Part shown: positions 40,901 to 51,059 of the stretch, piece by piece
How positions within the stretch are numbered: the stretch's first letter is position 1
How the letters are laid out: every line of letters starts with the position of its first letter
NCBI GenBank assembly: GCA_964439085.1
Contig: CAYTNB010000002.1
Span: forward strand, 1 to 61,523
Direction: 5' to 3'
Length of the DNA: 61,523 nucleotides
Source: an uncultured Desulfobulbia bacterium
GTDB lineage: Bacteria; Desulfobacterota; Desulfobulbia; Desulfobulbales; VMSU01
Position numbers and translations under genes: made by a program
Notes under the pieces: generated by a model
Database searches by the model: none
The model's input: only the letters and a program-made list of their open reading frames with translations
What the model was told of the DNA's origin: nothing

Positions 40901-41059
40901 GCCACAGACACAAAAACGTGTGCTCTAGTAATTTAGTCAAGTACAGGAGCCTGCCTATAGGCAATCTTTGTTTGAATGCACACTGTTCACTGTGAACAGC
41001 GGCCCAAAAAACAAAAGTCTGTGTGGATCCGGAGTCTCACAGGCTCGCTTACCTGTGGC
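40901..41059. repeat. Family H element (gccacaga...tgtggc) with a micro-module in the right arm
   Basis: gccacagacaca ... tctgtgtggatc[module]tgtggc. Confidence 0.6.
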
Positions 41060-41066
41060 AAAAAAA

Positions 41067-41996
41067 TCACGCCCCCAATATCAGATACAATAAGGCCATA
41101 CGCACAGCCACACCATTTGTTACCTGATCCATGATAACAGATTGTTCACTATCTACCAGATCTGTTGTGAGCTCAACGTTACGATTTAATGGACCAGGGT
41201 GCATGATAATGGCATCAGGTTTGGCTAATTTGCTAATCTCACGGTTGATACCAAAAAACTCCGCATATTCGCGCACAGATGGCAGGAGAGGATCATGCAG
41301 ACGTTCTTTTTGAATACGCAGAGCCATGATCACATCGGCATCTTTTACTGCTTCCTGGATATTAAGATGCTGCACCGCCCCTAATTCTTTAAGCCCTTTG
41401 GGCATCATCGTGGCTGGCCCGCTTACATGCACCTCAGAGCCCATTTTGGTGAAGCCTATAATATCTGAGTGGGCCACTCTGCTATGAGCAATATCGCCAA
41501 TGATGGCGATTTTTAACCCGGACAAGGTCTGTTTTTTTTCATAAACCGTCATCATGTCAAGCAGTCCCTGAGTGGGGTGCTCGTGGGTTCCGTCTCCGGC
41601 ATTAATAATGGATGCTTTAATATATTTGGTGAGTAGATGAGGCGTGCCAGAGGCTGAGTGGCGGATGATAATAGCATCCGGGTTCATGGCCTGTAGATTT
41701 CTGGCTGTATCAATGAGAGTTTCGCCCTTGGTTGCAGAACTGGTAGCGGCCGAAATATTGAAGGTATCGGCACTCATTCGTTTCGCCGCTATTTCAAAGG
41801 AGAGCTTGGTGCGGGTACTGGGCTCAAAGAACAGGTTGATAACGGTCTTGCCACGTAGTGTCGGCACCTTTTTTATCGCCCTGGTTGAAATCTCTTTAAG
41901 CGATTTAGATGTTTGCAGAATATACTCGATATCTTGCCTGGATAAATCTTCCAGGCTTAAGATATGTTTATGAGTGAAATGATAATCTGTATCCAT
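41067..41996 (-). CDS. pyrB: Aspartate carbamoyltransferase
   Basis: FFEPSTRT, NAGDG.HEHPTQ, RIQKER, MHPGP. Confidence 0.97.
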   Translation of the reverse strand: MDTDYHFTHKHILSLEDLSRQDIEYILQTSKSLKEISTRAIKKVPTLRGKTVINLFFEPSTRTKLSFEIAAKRMSADTFNISAATSSATKGETLIDTARNLQAMNPDAIIIRHSASGTPHLLTKYIKASIINAGDGTHEHPTQGLLDMMTVYEKKQTLSGLKIAIIGDIAHSRVAHSDIIGFTKMGSEVHVSGPATMMPKGLKELGAVQHLNIQEAVKDADVIMALRIQKERLHDPLLPSVREYAEFFGINREISKLAKPDAIIMHPGPLNRNVELTTDLVDSEQSVIMDQVTNGVAVRMALLYLILGA

Positions 41997-42040
41997 AGTT
42001 TACACGAAGTAAAAAAGCTGCCTTGGGGACTCGGAAAATA

Positions 42041-42152
42041 CCAACACCCCACGGGGAGGGGTATCGGAGTCTGAGCTTACCTAGTACCTTATAAATTCTT
42101 TTCTAAAAAACAGGTAAGCGCAGACTCCGAGAAAACAATCTGTAAGGTACTA
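42041..42152 (-). repeat. Family B copy B6
   Basis: Full-length match. Confidence 0.9.
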
Positions 42153-42197
42153 AATGTGCCGAGATGCAGGATGGTATATTAGTATTTTCTGCGTCCC

Positions 42198-42818
42198 TTA
42201 ATGCAATAGTTTGAAAAATCGACGCCAACGTACAGAAAATCTTTCTTTATCCCAAGACCAATAAAGGATAAAAGCCTTTCCCTTGACACTCTTTAATTTA
42301 ACAAATTTCCAGAAGCGGCTATCGTAACTATTATCCCGATTATCACCCATGACAAAGAGTGAATTATTAGGCACTGTCACCGGGCCAAAATTATCTCTGG
42401 GTTTTATATCACCTGGGATTATATTGGGATCTAAATGCACTGCGCCCTTAACCTTGAAGGGCTTGCCATTCACAAAGACCTCTTTATTTATCACCTTGAT
42501 TCGATCTCCCGCCACCCCAACAACCCGCTTAATAAAATCCTGACTAGGGTTTAAGGGAAACTTAAAAACAACAATGTCCCGGCGGTGCGGTTTACTGATT
42601 GACACCCAGGTTGAGCCAGTAAAGGGATTTTTTATGCCGTAAATAAATTTATTGACTAGGAGATGATCCCCGATAAGGAGGGTAGGCTCCATGGATCCTG
42701 ACGGGATCTTAAATGCCTGAACAATAAAGGAACGAATAAAAAGGGCCAAAACCAAAGCAATTATAATGGCCTCAGCGTATTCTCTAAAGGTGGATTTTTT
42801 CTTGATATCGGCTTGCAA
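42198..42818 (-). CDS. lepB: Signal peptidase I
   Basis: IPSGSMEPTL, FIKRVVG, MGDNRDNSYDSR. Confidence 0.96.
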   Translation of the reverse strand: MQADIKKKSTFREYAEAIIIALVLALFIRSFIVQAFKIPSGSMEPTLLIGDHLLVNKFIYGIKNPFTGSTWVSISKPHRRDIVVFKFPLNPSQDFIKRVVGVAGDRIKVINKEVFVNGKPFKVKGAVHLDPNIIPGDIKPRDNFGPVTVPNNSLFVMGDNRDNSYDSRFWKFVKLKSVKGKAFILYWSWDKERFSVRWRRFFKLLH

Positions 42819-42890
42819 AATTTTTCCTTGGCATGAATGAGTAAAGATATTAAATGGTAACTATTCAGGTAGGGGTTAAGAAAATACCCT

Positions 42891-43002
42891 CTAACACCCC
42901 ACAAGGGGGTATCGGAGTCTTAGCTTACCTACTGTACCTTATAAATTCTTTTCTAAAAAACAGGTAGGCGCAGACTCCGAGAAAACAATCTGTAAGGTAC
43001 TA
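42891..43002 (-). repeat. Family B copy B7
   Basis: Full-length match. Confidence 0.9.
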
Positions 43003-43296
43003 AACTCGTAAGAGCAACTGCTCAGAGGTACTCCGCATTTCCGTTTGGGCTTCGAAGCATACTCGTTGTGTTCGAAAAGACCAAGATTGGCAAAGAAGAT
43101 GCAACCGGAACAATTACATTAAGTGTTATATATTTCAAACAGGGAATTAGTATCCCAAAACGCCATAAAACTCAAGGAAGATTAATTTTATTCGTTTTTT
43201 TGCTAAAAAATTAAAAAAAACAATATGTTGTGTCATTTGTCGATTACAACACACAAGATATGTCAATACGAGCAAAATCTTATAGAAATAAAAACC

Positions 43297-43334
43297 GTAA
43301 AAAGGCAAAATAATCAATTATTTTGCCTTTTTAC
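43297..43334. promoter_or_regulatory. 18-bp perfect inverted repeat upstream of pilM
   Basis: gtaaaaaggcaaaataat-ca-attattttgcctttttac; TTGACA at 43347. Confidence 0.5.
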
Positions 43335-43429
43335 AATGGCCATTGCTTGACAAACAATTTTTTTTATGAATTAATTTGTTTAGTCAAATTATTTTAGGAA
43401 TAATTTTCTAAATTGGAATCATTACATTT

Positions 43430-44533
43430 TTGATAAAACCGATGAGTAAATTTAAGTTACCAATAAAATTCAAGATACCACTTCCGGGGGGCAGTAAACA
43501 AAAAGCCCTGACATTGGGACTGGATATTGGCTCATACTCCGTAAAATTATGCGAGATGGCTAATACTGATAACAGCTATAAATTGCTAAATTTGGGGAGT
43601 GCCAAGCTGCCTGCCGGAGCAGTAGAAGATGGAGTCTTACAAGATCCAGACGCCGTAGGAGCAGTCATTGCCGAGTTATTAAAAAACGCCAAGACCAAGC
43701 AGAAAAAGGTCGCTATTTCGATGTCCGGTTATTCTGTTATTGTGAAGAAAATCAATTTGGCTGTTATGGAGGAAGAGCAATTAGAGGCCCATATTCAGTC
43801 AGAGGCCGAACAATATATTCCCTTTGACATCAATGATGTTTATTTGGATTATCAAGATTTAAAGACCAACACTGAAGAGTCTGATTTTACGGATGTAATG
43901 CTGGTGGCCGCCAAAAAGGATGTTGTGAATGCCTATTTGGATATGTTGAGTAAAATTGGCCTGCAGGTGGTCGTGGTTGATGTGGACGCCTTTGCCCTCG
44001 AAAACTCCTTCGAGATTAATGCCGTTAGTAATCAAAATGTGGTGCTGGTCGATATAGGGGCATCGAAGATGAGTATTAATATAATCTCCCATGGCGCATC
44101 GATTTTGGCCAGAGACGTGGTGATGGGCAGCCGGCAGATTACTGAGCAGATGCAAAGCCAGCTGGAAATTGATTATGACGAAGCGGAATCCGTTAAAATC
44201 GGTAGTCTGCCCGCCGAGGAGAAGCGAACGGTTATTGGAGATATCTTTGTCAATAACTGTAGCCAGTGGATTTTGGAGATCAAAAAAGCCATAGACTTTT
44301 ATGTTTCAAACTATCCTAATGATGAAATTAATCGCCTTGTGTTAAGCGGCGGTGGTGCAAAGATTAACGGTTTTGATAAATTGTTGAGTCAGGAAATCGG
44401 TTTGGCAACAGAAATCTTTAATCCTTTCGCCGAAACCGATATAGATAATAATATTGATCCAGACTATTTGGCAAATATAGCTCCAGAGATGGCAATTTCT
44501 ACCGGCTTGGCAATCAGGCTCGCAATTTTATAA
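43430..44533 (+). CDS. pilM: Type IV pilus assembly protein PilM
   Basis: GLDIGS, EAEQYIPF, VDVDAFAL, LSGGG; start may be ATG 43442. Confidence 0.95.
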   Translation: MIKPMSKFKLPIKFKIPLPGGSKQKALTLGLDIGSYSVKLCEMANTDNSYKLLNLGSAKLPAGAVEDGVLQDPDAVGAVIAELLKNAKTKQKKVAISMSGYSVIVKKINLAVMEEEQLEAHIQSEAEQYIPFDINDVYLDYQDLKTNTEESDFTDVMLVAAKKDVVNAYLDMLSKIGLQVVVVDVDAFALENSFEINAVSNQNVVLVDIGASKMSINIISHGASILARDVVMGSRQITEQMQSQLEIDYDEAESVKIGSLPAEEKRTVIGDIFVNNCSQWILEIKKAIDFYVSNYPNDEINRLVLSGGGAKINGFDKLLSQEIGLATEIFNPFAETDIDNNIDPDYLANIAPEMAISTGLAIRLAIL

Positions 44534-44537
44534 TCTA

Positions 44538-45083
44538 ATGATAACAATCAATTTACTGCCTGTACGGCAAATAAAACAAAAAATAAGGGCCCGTAATGAG
44601 TTTTTTGCACTCATTGGCGGCTTTGTACTTCTTCTGCTAGTTATTTTCCTCGTCAGCTATAACCAGTCTGCGCAAATCAGCCGCTTACAGACGAAAAAAA
44701 ATGTTCTACAGGCCGAGAAGACAAAATATGATGTCGTTATCGCCAAAATTAAAAAGCTAAAAAGAGAACAGAATATATTAAAACACAAGCTTGCGACAAT
44801 TGAAAAATTAAAGGTCAACTCACAATTATCTGTCCGTGTTTTGGCCGAAATAGCCAATTTGACGTCCTCCAATCGTATGTGGTTAAAGTCATTAAAAATG
44901 GCTGGTAATTCCATCAATCTGACGGGAATAGCCTTAGACAACGCCACTATTGCCCAATACATGGAGAAAATTAAGGCCTCACCATTTTTTGGTGTTGCAG
45001 AACTTCGCAGCTCATCAATGATCAAGATTGCGAACCAGAAGCTAAAGGCATTTACTTTGTCCTTACAACAAATTCACCCCTGA
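44538..45083 (+). CDS. pilN: PilN
   Basis: INLLP motif, TM helix, coiled coil. Confidence 0.92.
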   Translation: MITINLLPVRQIKQKIRARNEFFALIGGFVLLLLVIFLVSYNQSAQISRLQTKKNVLQAEKTKYDVVIAKIKKLKREQNILKHKLATIEKLKVNSQLSVRVLAEIANLTSSNRMWLKSLKMAGNSINLTGIALDNATIAQYMEKIKASPFFGVAELRSSSMIKIANQKLKAFTLSLQQIHP

Positions 45084-45121
45084 AAATCGTCATTGTGCGA
45101 TGTTACTAACGGAAGACCCTA

Positions 45122-45757
45122 GTGAATATTGATACTTCCTCAATCAAAATTGCCCTGGATGCCTTTTTAGAAAATAAGGTGGCAAAATTAAAGACGAACC
45201 ACAAGCTGATGATCTGTGCAGCTACGGTTTTGGTGCCGGTAATCGCCTTTTACTTGCTGTCCTATTCCCCCAAGAACGATCAGGTTGCCGGATTGGAGAA
45301 AAACATTGTCAGCCTGCAAAATCAAATAGCAACAGCTAAAATTGCGGCTGCCAAGTTTGCCGAACAAGAGAGAATAATGGCTGAAATTGAGAAAAAATTC
45401 AAAGAGGCCTCATTAGTAATTCCAGATAATAAGGAAATACCCTCCTTATTGACCAGTATCTCCAGTGAAGGGACGGGGGCCGGTTTGGATATACTATCAT
45501 TCAAACCGGGCCAGGAAAGGCCCAAGGAGTTTTATGCAGAGATTCCGGTCTCACTTTCGGTCAACGGTTCATTCAATAATATTGGTCATTTTCTGGACAC
45601 GGTTAGCAAATTACCGAGAATTGTTAATCTGGCAAATATTAATTTATCTTCCCCCAAAATGCAGGATGGTAAGATGATACTAGGATCGTCAATTAATCTG
45701 GTGACATACAAGTTTATCGAGCCAGATAAGGGGGCTAAAAAACGTGGTAGGAAATAA
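45122..45757 (+). CDS. pilO: PilO
   Basis: EIPSLL, EFYAEIPV, LPRIVN. Confidence 0.92.
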   Translation: MNIDTSSIKIALDAFLENKVAKLKTNHKLMICAATVLVPVIAFYLLSYSPKNDQVAGLEKNIVSLQNQIATAKIAAAKFAEQERIMAEIEKKFKEASLVIPDNKEIPSLLTSISSEGTGAGLDILSFKPGQERPKEFYAEIPVSLSVNGSFNNIGHFLDTVSKLPRIVNLANINLSSPKMQDGKMILGSSINLVTYKFIEPDKGAKKRGRK

Positions 45758-46265
45758 TCTAAAAGGAACGCATTTTCGCTGGTTATGGGCTTTTGTGGTT
45801 TTTACAGGCTTGTTGCCGTCGGCGGCTTATGCGGCGAAGAACGTAGCGGCGGGGCCCGGTAATAAAGTTTCGACAGCGACCGATGAACTTAAAAAGTTGC
45901 TGCAAGAGCCTTTTACCTTTGGCGTTAGTAGTTCAGATCCCTTTATGCCGTTCATCTCCGATCAAATGATTAAAGATCAGGCTGATAAAGAGGTCAAATC
46001 CTTAACTGGCATGCAATTGTTTGAACCTGGTCAGTTGAATTTGGTGGCTATTTTGTTTAGCGGAAAAAAGGCCTTAGCCATGGTGCAGGATTCCACCGGC
46101 AAGGGTTATATTATTAAAAAAGGTACCAAAATTGGCCGCCGTGGGCAGGTTGCTGAGATCATGCCAAATGCCGTGGTTGTTAAGGAGTGGTTTCGGGGCT
46201 CCAGCGGTAAAAAACTCTATAAAGACAATGAAATGGTATTGAGAAAAGAAGGGGGTAACAAGTGA
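45744..46265 (+). CDS. pilP: PilP
   Basis: DPFMP, LVAI, AMVQDSTGKGYIIKKGTKIG; operon position. Confidence 0.85.
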   Translation: MVGNNLKGTHFRWLWAFVVFTGLLPSAAYAAKNVAAGPGNKVSTATDELKKLLQEPFTFGVSSSDPFMPFISDQMIKDQADKEVKSLTGMQLFEPGQLNLVAILFSGKKALAMVQDSTGKGYIIKKGTKIGRRGQVAEIMPNAVVVKEWFRGSSGKKLYKDNEMVLRKEGGNK

Positions 46266-48220
46266 AGACCCTGATTAAACAATGTGTTAGTCTGACCATG
46301 CTGCTTTTTTGGGGATGGACAGTGTGCTGGGCGGGAGATACCGCCAGCTATCAGGTATCCAATCTCGCTTTTGAGAAAACCGATCAATCTTTTACGATAA
46401 CGGTAAAAGGTGATGGTGTGCCGACATTTACAACCTATCAACTTTTTGACCCTTTGCGGGTGGTTGTTGATATTGCTAATGCTTCATTCGCAGATAGCCT
46501 GAAAGTACCCATGGCGGTAAATCAGAACCCGGTTGTCAATATCACTGGCAAGGTACTTACCGATAAAAAGCCTTTTATTGCCAAATTGGAAATTATGCTG
46601 TCTGAGGACTGGCCCTACAAGATTGAACGGCAGGGCAATGATATTGTAATTAAATTGTCGGGAGTAAATAATTCGCTTAAACAGACTACTGTAAATTCGG
46701 TGAATGATAAAATTTCGCATCCCCCCGTAAGGCATCAAATAAAGAGTGTTGATGTTGAAAAAACGGGCGACGGTCTGAGCATATTGTTAGCAGCAGATAA
46801 ACCGATAAGCAAGTTCACCAGGGTTGAACTGCCAAAGGGGCACGGGCGGCCCGATAGATTTTATCTTGATATACCAGGAATTACGGCCTCAGGCCTAAAG
46901 CCCGTCAGAAAGATCCGTTCCGGCCCCCTGGCCCGGATTCGCATGGCTAAACGCCAGAATGGACTACGAGTAGTCTTTGATTCTGCCGAAGATGTAATGT
47001 TCCGATATAAGGTTACTACGGTGCCGGAAGGGCTATTGATTAATATCAAGCCAGTTTTGCATAAAGATTCGTCAGTTCAGGAGCTTGCCGACAAGACTAC
47101 GGTTCCAGAACAGGATGCGGTTAGTAACTTACTGGCTAAATTATCTGATAACAATAATACTATCCCGGCAAAACAGTCTGCCCTGGAGCCAAAAGCGGCC
47201 CCCCAGAAACCAGAATCGGTTGTAACTTCCGAATCATCACCAGCAAGCACAATAAAATCGCAGCTTAAAAATGTCGGAATTACCGGCGATGCTTTTGGTG
47301 ATGCCGGCTATGACAAACAAAAGATTAGCGTTGATTTTTATAAAATTGACTTGCATAACGTCTTTCGACTCATTGGTGAGATAAGCGGCTCAAATATTGT
47401 CGTTGATGATTCCGTGCATGGCTCATTGACTTTGGCCTTGAATGATGTGCCCTGGGATTTTGTTTTGGATGTGGTTATGAATCTGAAGGATCTCCAAAAA
47501 GAGGAGCGTTATAATACCATTGTTATTTCACCCAAATCCAAGAATTTTACCTGGCCGCAGAGCAAAACTAAACAGGCTCTTGAAATGGAGGTACCTGGTA
47601 ATCAACTACAAGTAAACATAGATAAGCAGTTGGCCCAGCCGCCCGAGGCCCTTGCTGCAAATTTGATTATTCAACGTGCCGATGCTCTGGTTAAAGACGG
47701 TAAATTGAAAGCAGCTCTACAACAGTATGAAGATGCCTATGATAAATGGCCGCACAATGCCGACTTGGCCAAGCAGATTGCCAATATATGCCTGGTGGAT
47801 CTGGGCTATAATCAAAAAGCGGTGGATTATGCCAAAAATGCTCTGGCAATGAATCGCCAGGACGGAGACGCGGCCTTATTAGTTGCAGTTGGTTTAGCAA
47901 ATATGCACCAGGCTGGCGCTGGTAAGTATTTTGAGCAGGCGGTGAGCGGTGAGCGACCGACACGGGCAGCCCTGGTAAGTTATGCCAGCTATTTGGAAAA
48001 TAAACCGGATTTAAGCAAAAGCATGAATATTTTAGGACGTTATGAGGCGTTGTATGGCTCTGATTTGAATACGATGATCGCCAAAGCACGAGTCTATGAT
48101 AAACTAAAACAACCTAATAAAGCCATGGCTGAATATAAGGCCATCCTATACTCCGGTTATGGGCTTGACCAGGATTTGGCCAAGTATATCAAGGGTCGTA
48201 TAGCCACAGGTGTTAAGTGA
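46262..48220 (+). CDS. PilQ-like N-terminal half (AMIN x2 + N0/STN) fused to TPRs, no secretin pore domain
   Basis: DPLRVVVDI and PDRFYLDI AMIN motifs; ISVDFYKIDLHNVFRLIG..LNDVPWD N0; helical TPR-like C-terminus. Confidence 0.75.
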   Translation: MKTLIKQCVSLTMLLFWGWTVCWAGDTASYQVSNLAFEKTDQSFTITVKGDGVPTFTTYQLFDPLRVVVDIANASFADSLKVPMAVNQNPVVNITGKVLTDKKPFIAKLEIMLSEDWPYKIERQGNDIVIKLSGVNNSLKQTTVNSVNDKISHPPVRHQIKSVDVEKTGDGLSILLAADKPISKFTRVELPKGHGRPDRFYLDIPGITASGLKPVRKIRSGPLARIRMAKRQNGLRVVFDSAEDVMFRYKVTTVPEGLLINIKPVLHKDSSVQELADKTTVPEQDAVSNLLAKLSDNNNTIPAKQSALEPKAAPQKPESVVTSESSPASTIKSQLKNVGITGDAFGDAGYDKQKISVDFYKIDLHNVFRLIGEISGSNIVVDDSVHGSLTLALNDVPWDFVLDVVMNLKDLQKEERYNTIVISPKSKNFTWPQSKTKQALEMEVPGNQLQVNIDKQLAQPPEALAANLIIQRADALVKDGKLKAALQQYEDAYDKWPHNADLAKQIANICLVDLGYNQKAVDYAKNALAMNRQDGDAALLVAVGLANMHQAGAGKYFEQAVSGERPTRAALVSYASYLENKPDLSKSMNILGRYEALYGSDLNTMIAKARVYDKLKQPNKAMAEYKAILYSGYGLDQDLAKYIKGRIATGVK

Positions 48221-48223
48221 GTA

Positions 48224-48300
48224 GTAACTGTTCATGTGCATCCCTGTGCAGTTACACTACAGTATTCATGGTATTTTCTAGCCCATCCGTGAATGGTTAC
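48224..48300. mobile_element. Family E 77-bp MITE
   Basis: TIRs gtaactgttca / tgaatggttac; perfect 8-bp TSD agtgagta. Confidence 0.85.
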
Positions 48301-48332
48301 AGTGAGTAAAAAATATTTTGGAGTGAAAAGCG

Positions 48333-50009
48333 ATGACAGATACTACAATTAGGTACGAGAATTCTAACACAAGAATCATGTTTAGTATTCTTTGTGTGTT
48401 AAGTCTCGGAGCAATGCTTTTTTTGGGGGGTTGTGTTACAGCCACGCCCACTCCTGAGGAGCAGGCTGCTAAATTTATAGCCGAACAAACTAAAGGGGCT
48501 ATAGATGGCAAAGCGACCCTAAAAACAGTGCCTGAAAAATCAACGGCTCAGCTCCCGATCCGTTTTCAGAGACCCTCTTATTTGCTGTCGGGGGGTGAAG
48601 ACGTTAAGGCTGGTTTGGCCAATAAAATGACGCTGCCAGTTGGAGCCAGGATTACACCTGCGGGGCCTAAGCCTTTACGAGTGGTAATGCAGGAACTGGC
48701 CAAATTAAAGTCTATGAATATAAGCTGGGCCAGTGACGTGGACAGAAACGCCTCTGTTAATGTTACTATCATGCCCGAAGAAGATTTTTTTGAGGCCATT
48801 TCTAATTTATTGCGGCAGGTAGACTATTTTTACGAGATACATGGCACTACCATCATAATTAAGCATAAGGAGACCAAACGGTTTCATATCGCCATGCCTT
48901 TTATGGCAACAACTTATTCTACTGGAGTGGGTGGTGATGTACTAGGGAGTACAGAAGGCTCTAACATGAGCGGCACACTGAATATGACCAGTACTGATAA
49001 TAGATTTGATATCTGGAAGAATATTCAGGGAAATCTGGATAAGATTTTGGAAATATGGTCGGTGCCAACTCCAACAAGTCAGCCGAATACGCCCGCTTCG
49101 GCAACGCCAGGTACAGCGGCAACAACGACTGCCCCTGCGGCGCCAGCAATAACCTACACTCCATCGCCAGATTCAGGTAAGGGATACTACACCATTGATC
49201 GGCCTATCGGTCTTATAACGGTTACGGCGCCAAAATCGTTATTGATAAAAATAACAAATTATCTCGATAACCTGAAGAAAGAACTGTACCGTCAAATTAC
49301 CATTGAGGCCAAGATTGTCGAGGTAACTCTGACCAATGACAATAGCACCGGTATCAACTGGGATGATTTATTGAACAGTAGTCTCGGTTTTAACGTTGAT
49401 TTTCAGAAAATGTCTTCTTCCTCCACTCACGCCCAGTTTCTTACCATCAATAATAAGAGCTTTTCTGCACTACTGGATGCAATGAAGCAGCAGGGCCATG
49501 TTGAGGTATTGTCCAATCCTAAAATAAGCGTTATGAATGGCCAGCCTGCCATGATAAGCGTGGGAGACAACGTAAAATATGTTGATAGTGTTAGCTCCAC
49601 TACAGATGGCACAACGGGCAGTGTAACTTATACGGTTAATACTGCCTCCATTATGTCTGGGCTTGGTATGGGCGTGATTGCAACTATCGGAGAAGATAAC
49701 GAGATTATTTTAAGTTTGACGCCGGTAACATCAAAGTTGACTACACCAATTGAGTACAAAGTCTTTGGCGCCAATCAGGTTGGCCTGCCACAGGTAAGTC
49801 TGCGGGAAATGAATACCATTGTCCGTGTAAAGGACGGAGAAATGCTTATCGTCGGCGGTCTGATAGATAACTCGTCGAGTTATGCAGATAACCATGTTTC
49901 CGGGTTGGGTAAAATCCCAGGAATTGGTAAATTATTTAGAAATGATGGCACTAATTCAACTAGAAAAGAACTAATCATTCTCTTGCGACCCCACATTATC
50001 TCACAATAG
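48333..50009 (+). CDS. Lipoprotein secretin, MshL-like
   Basis: Lipobox LGGC; QITIEAKIVEV, GINW, VLSNPKI..NGQPA, VGGLI, IPGIGKLF, RKELIILLRP. Confidence 0.9.
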   Translation: MTDTTIRYENSNTRIMFSILCVLSLGAMLFLGGCVTATPTPEEQAAKFIAEQTKGAIDGKATLKTVPEKSTAQLPIRFQRPSYLLSGGEDVKAGLANKMTLPVGARITPAGPKPLRVVMQELAKLKSMNISWASDVDRNASVNVTIMPEEDFFEAISNLLRQVDYFYEIHGTTIIIKHKETKRFHIAMPFMATTYSTGVGGDVLGSTEGSNMSGTLNMTSTDNRFDIWKNIQGNLDKILEIWSVPTPTSQPNTPASATPGTAATTTAPAAPAITYTPSPDSGKGYYTIDRPIGLITVTAPKSLLIKITNYLDNLKKELYRQITIEAKIVEVTLTNDNSTGINWDDLLNSSLGFNVDFQKMSSSSTHAQFLTINNKSFSALLDAMKQQGHVEVLSNPKISVMNGQPAMISVGDNVKYVDSVSSTTDGTTGSVTYTVNTASIMSGLGMGVIATIGEDNEIILSLTPVTSKLTTPIEYKVFGANQVGLPQVSLREMNTIVRVKDGEMLIVGGLIDNSSSYADNHVSGLGKIPGIGKLFRNDGTNSTRKELIILLRPHIISQ

Positions 50010-50059
50010 TTATAAGGGAGGCGGTTTAGTCCAGCCAGTTTTCCCCATATTTTTTTCTT

Positions 50060-50106
50060 GAAAACAGATGCCTCAGGTTGTATTGAGCATCTGTTTTCTT
50101 TTTTTG
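50060..50106 (+). terminator. Terminator of the pil operon
   Basis: gaaaacagatgc..ctca..tgag..catctgttttc plus T run. Confidence 0.7.
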
Positions 50107-50177
50107 TGGAGGTACCTTCTTAATGGGTGCCCAAAATACGATAAGTGTGACGATTTACAAATAAAAAGGCCAGCAAA

Positions 50178-51059
50178 ATGAATAAAGGAATGAAAAAGGC
50201 GAAGATTTTAATAGAATCGCTGCCCTATATCAAAAAATTTGCCAATAAAACCGTGGTTATCAAGTACGGTGGTCATGCCATGGTGGATGAAGAACTGAAA
50301 AAAAATTTCGCCCTGGATATCGTCCTGCTGAAATATATCGGTATCAATCCGGTTGTCGTGCACGGCGGCGGCCCGCAGATTAATAAATTCCTGGGAAAAA
50401 TGAATATTAAATCAAATTATATTCAGGGGATGCGGGTTACCGATGGCGAGACCATGGATGTCGTGGAAATGGTTCTGGTTGGTAAGGTAAACAAGGAAAT
50501 TGTCAGTCTGATCAATTTGCACGGTGGCAAGGCCGTGGGACTCTCCGGCAGGGATGGTGACTTGATTAAGGCCAAAAAATTGAACCTGACCAGCAATATA
50601 AAAGATACTCCTCCTGAATTAATTGATTTGGGAAGGGTAGGTCAAGTTACATCCGTCAACCCCGAGGTTCTGATTACCCTGGATAGGCATAACTTCATTC
50701 CGGTTATCGCCCCGGTGGGTGTTGGAGAGAATGGCCAGTCATTTAATATAAATGCCGATTTGGTGGCCGGGGCAATTGCCTCCCATCTCAAGGCGGAGAA
50801 GCTGGTTTTGCTCACCGATGTTGAAGGAGTTCTGGATAACAATAACCAATTGATTCCCTCAATTAACAGCCAGCAAATTGATGACTATATCGCCTCGGGA
50901 CTAATCGCCGGCGGCATGATCCCCAAGGTAAAATGCTGCCAGGATGCCGTGAAATCCGGGGTCGGTAAAGCCCATATTATTGATGGTCGGCTTGAACATT
51001 CCCTCTTACTGGAAATATTTACCAAACAGGGAATTGGCACGGAGATTATTGATGAATAA
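50178..51059 (+). CDS. argB: Acetylglutamate kinase
   Basis: [25 protein letters not shown]. Confidence 0.97.
   Translation: MNKGMKKAKILIESLPYIKKFANKTVVIKYGGHAMVDEELKKNFALDIVLLKYIGINPVVVHGGGPQINKFLGKMNIKSNYIQGMRVTDGETMDVVEMVLVGKVNKEIVSLINLHGGKAVGLSGRDGDLIKAKKLNLTSNIKDTPPELIDLGRVGQVTSVNPEVLITLDRHNFIPVIAPVGVGENGQSFNINADLVAGAIASHLKAEKLVLLTDVEGVLDNNNQLIPSINSQQIDDYIASGLIAGGMIPKVKCCQDAVKSGVGKAHIIDGRLEHSLLLEIFTKQGIGTEIIDE

Noticed and set aside
42001-42170. PyrR attenuator upstream of pyrB
   Set aside because: Only weak similarity, no pyrR in the window, region disrupted by B6.
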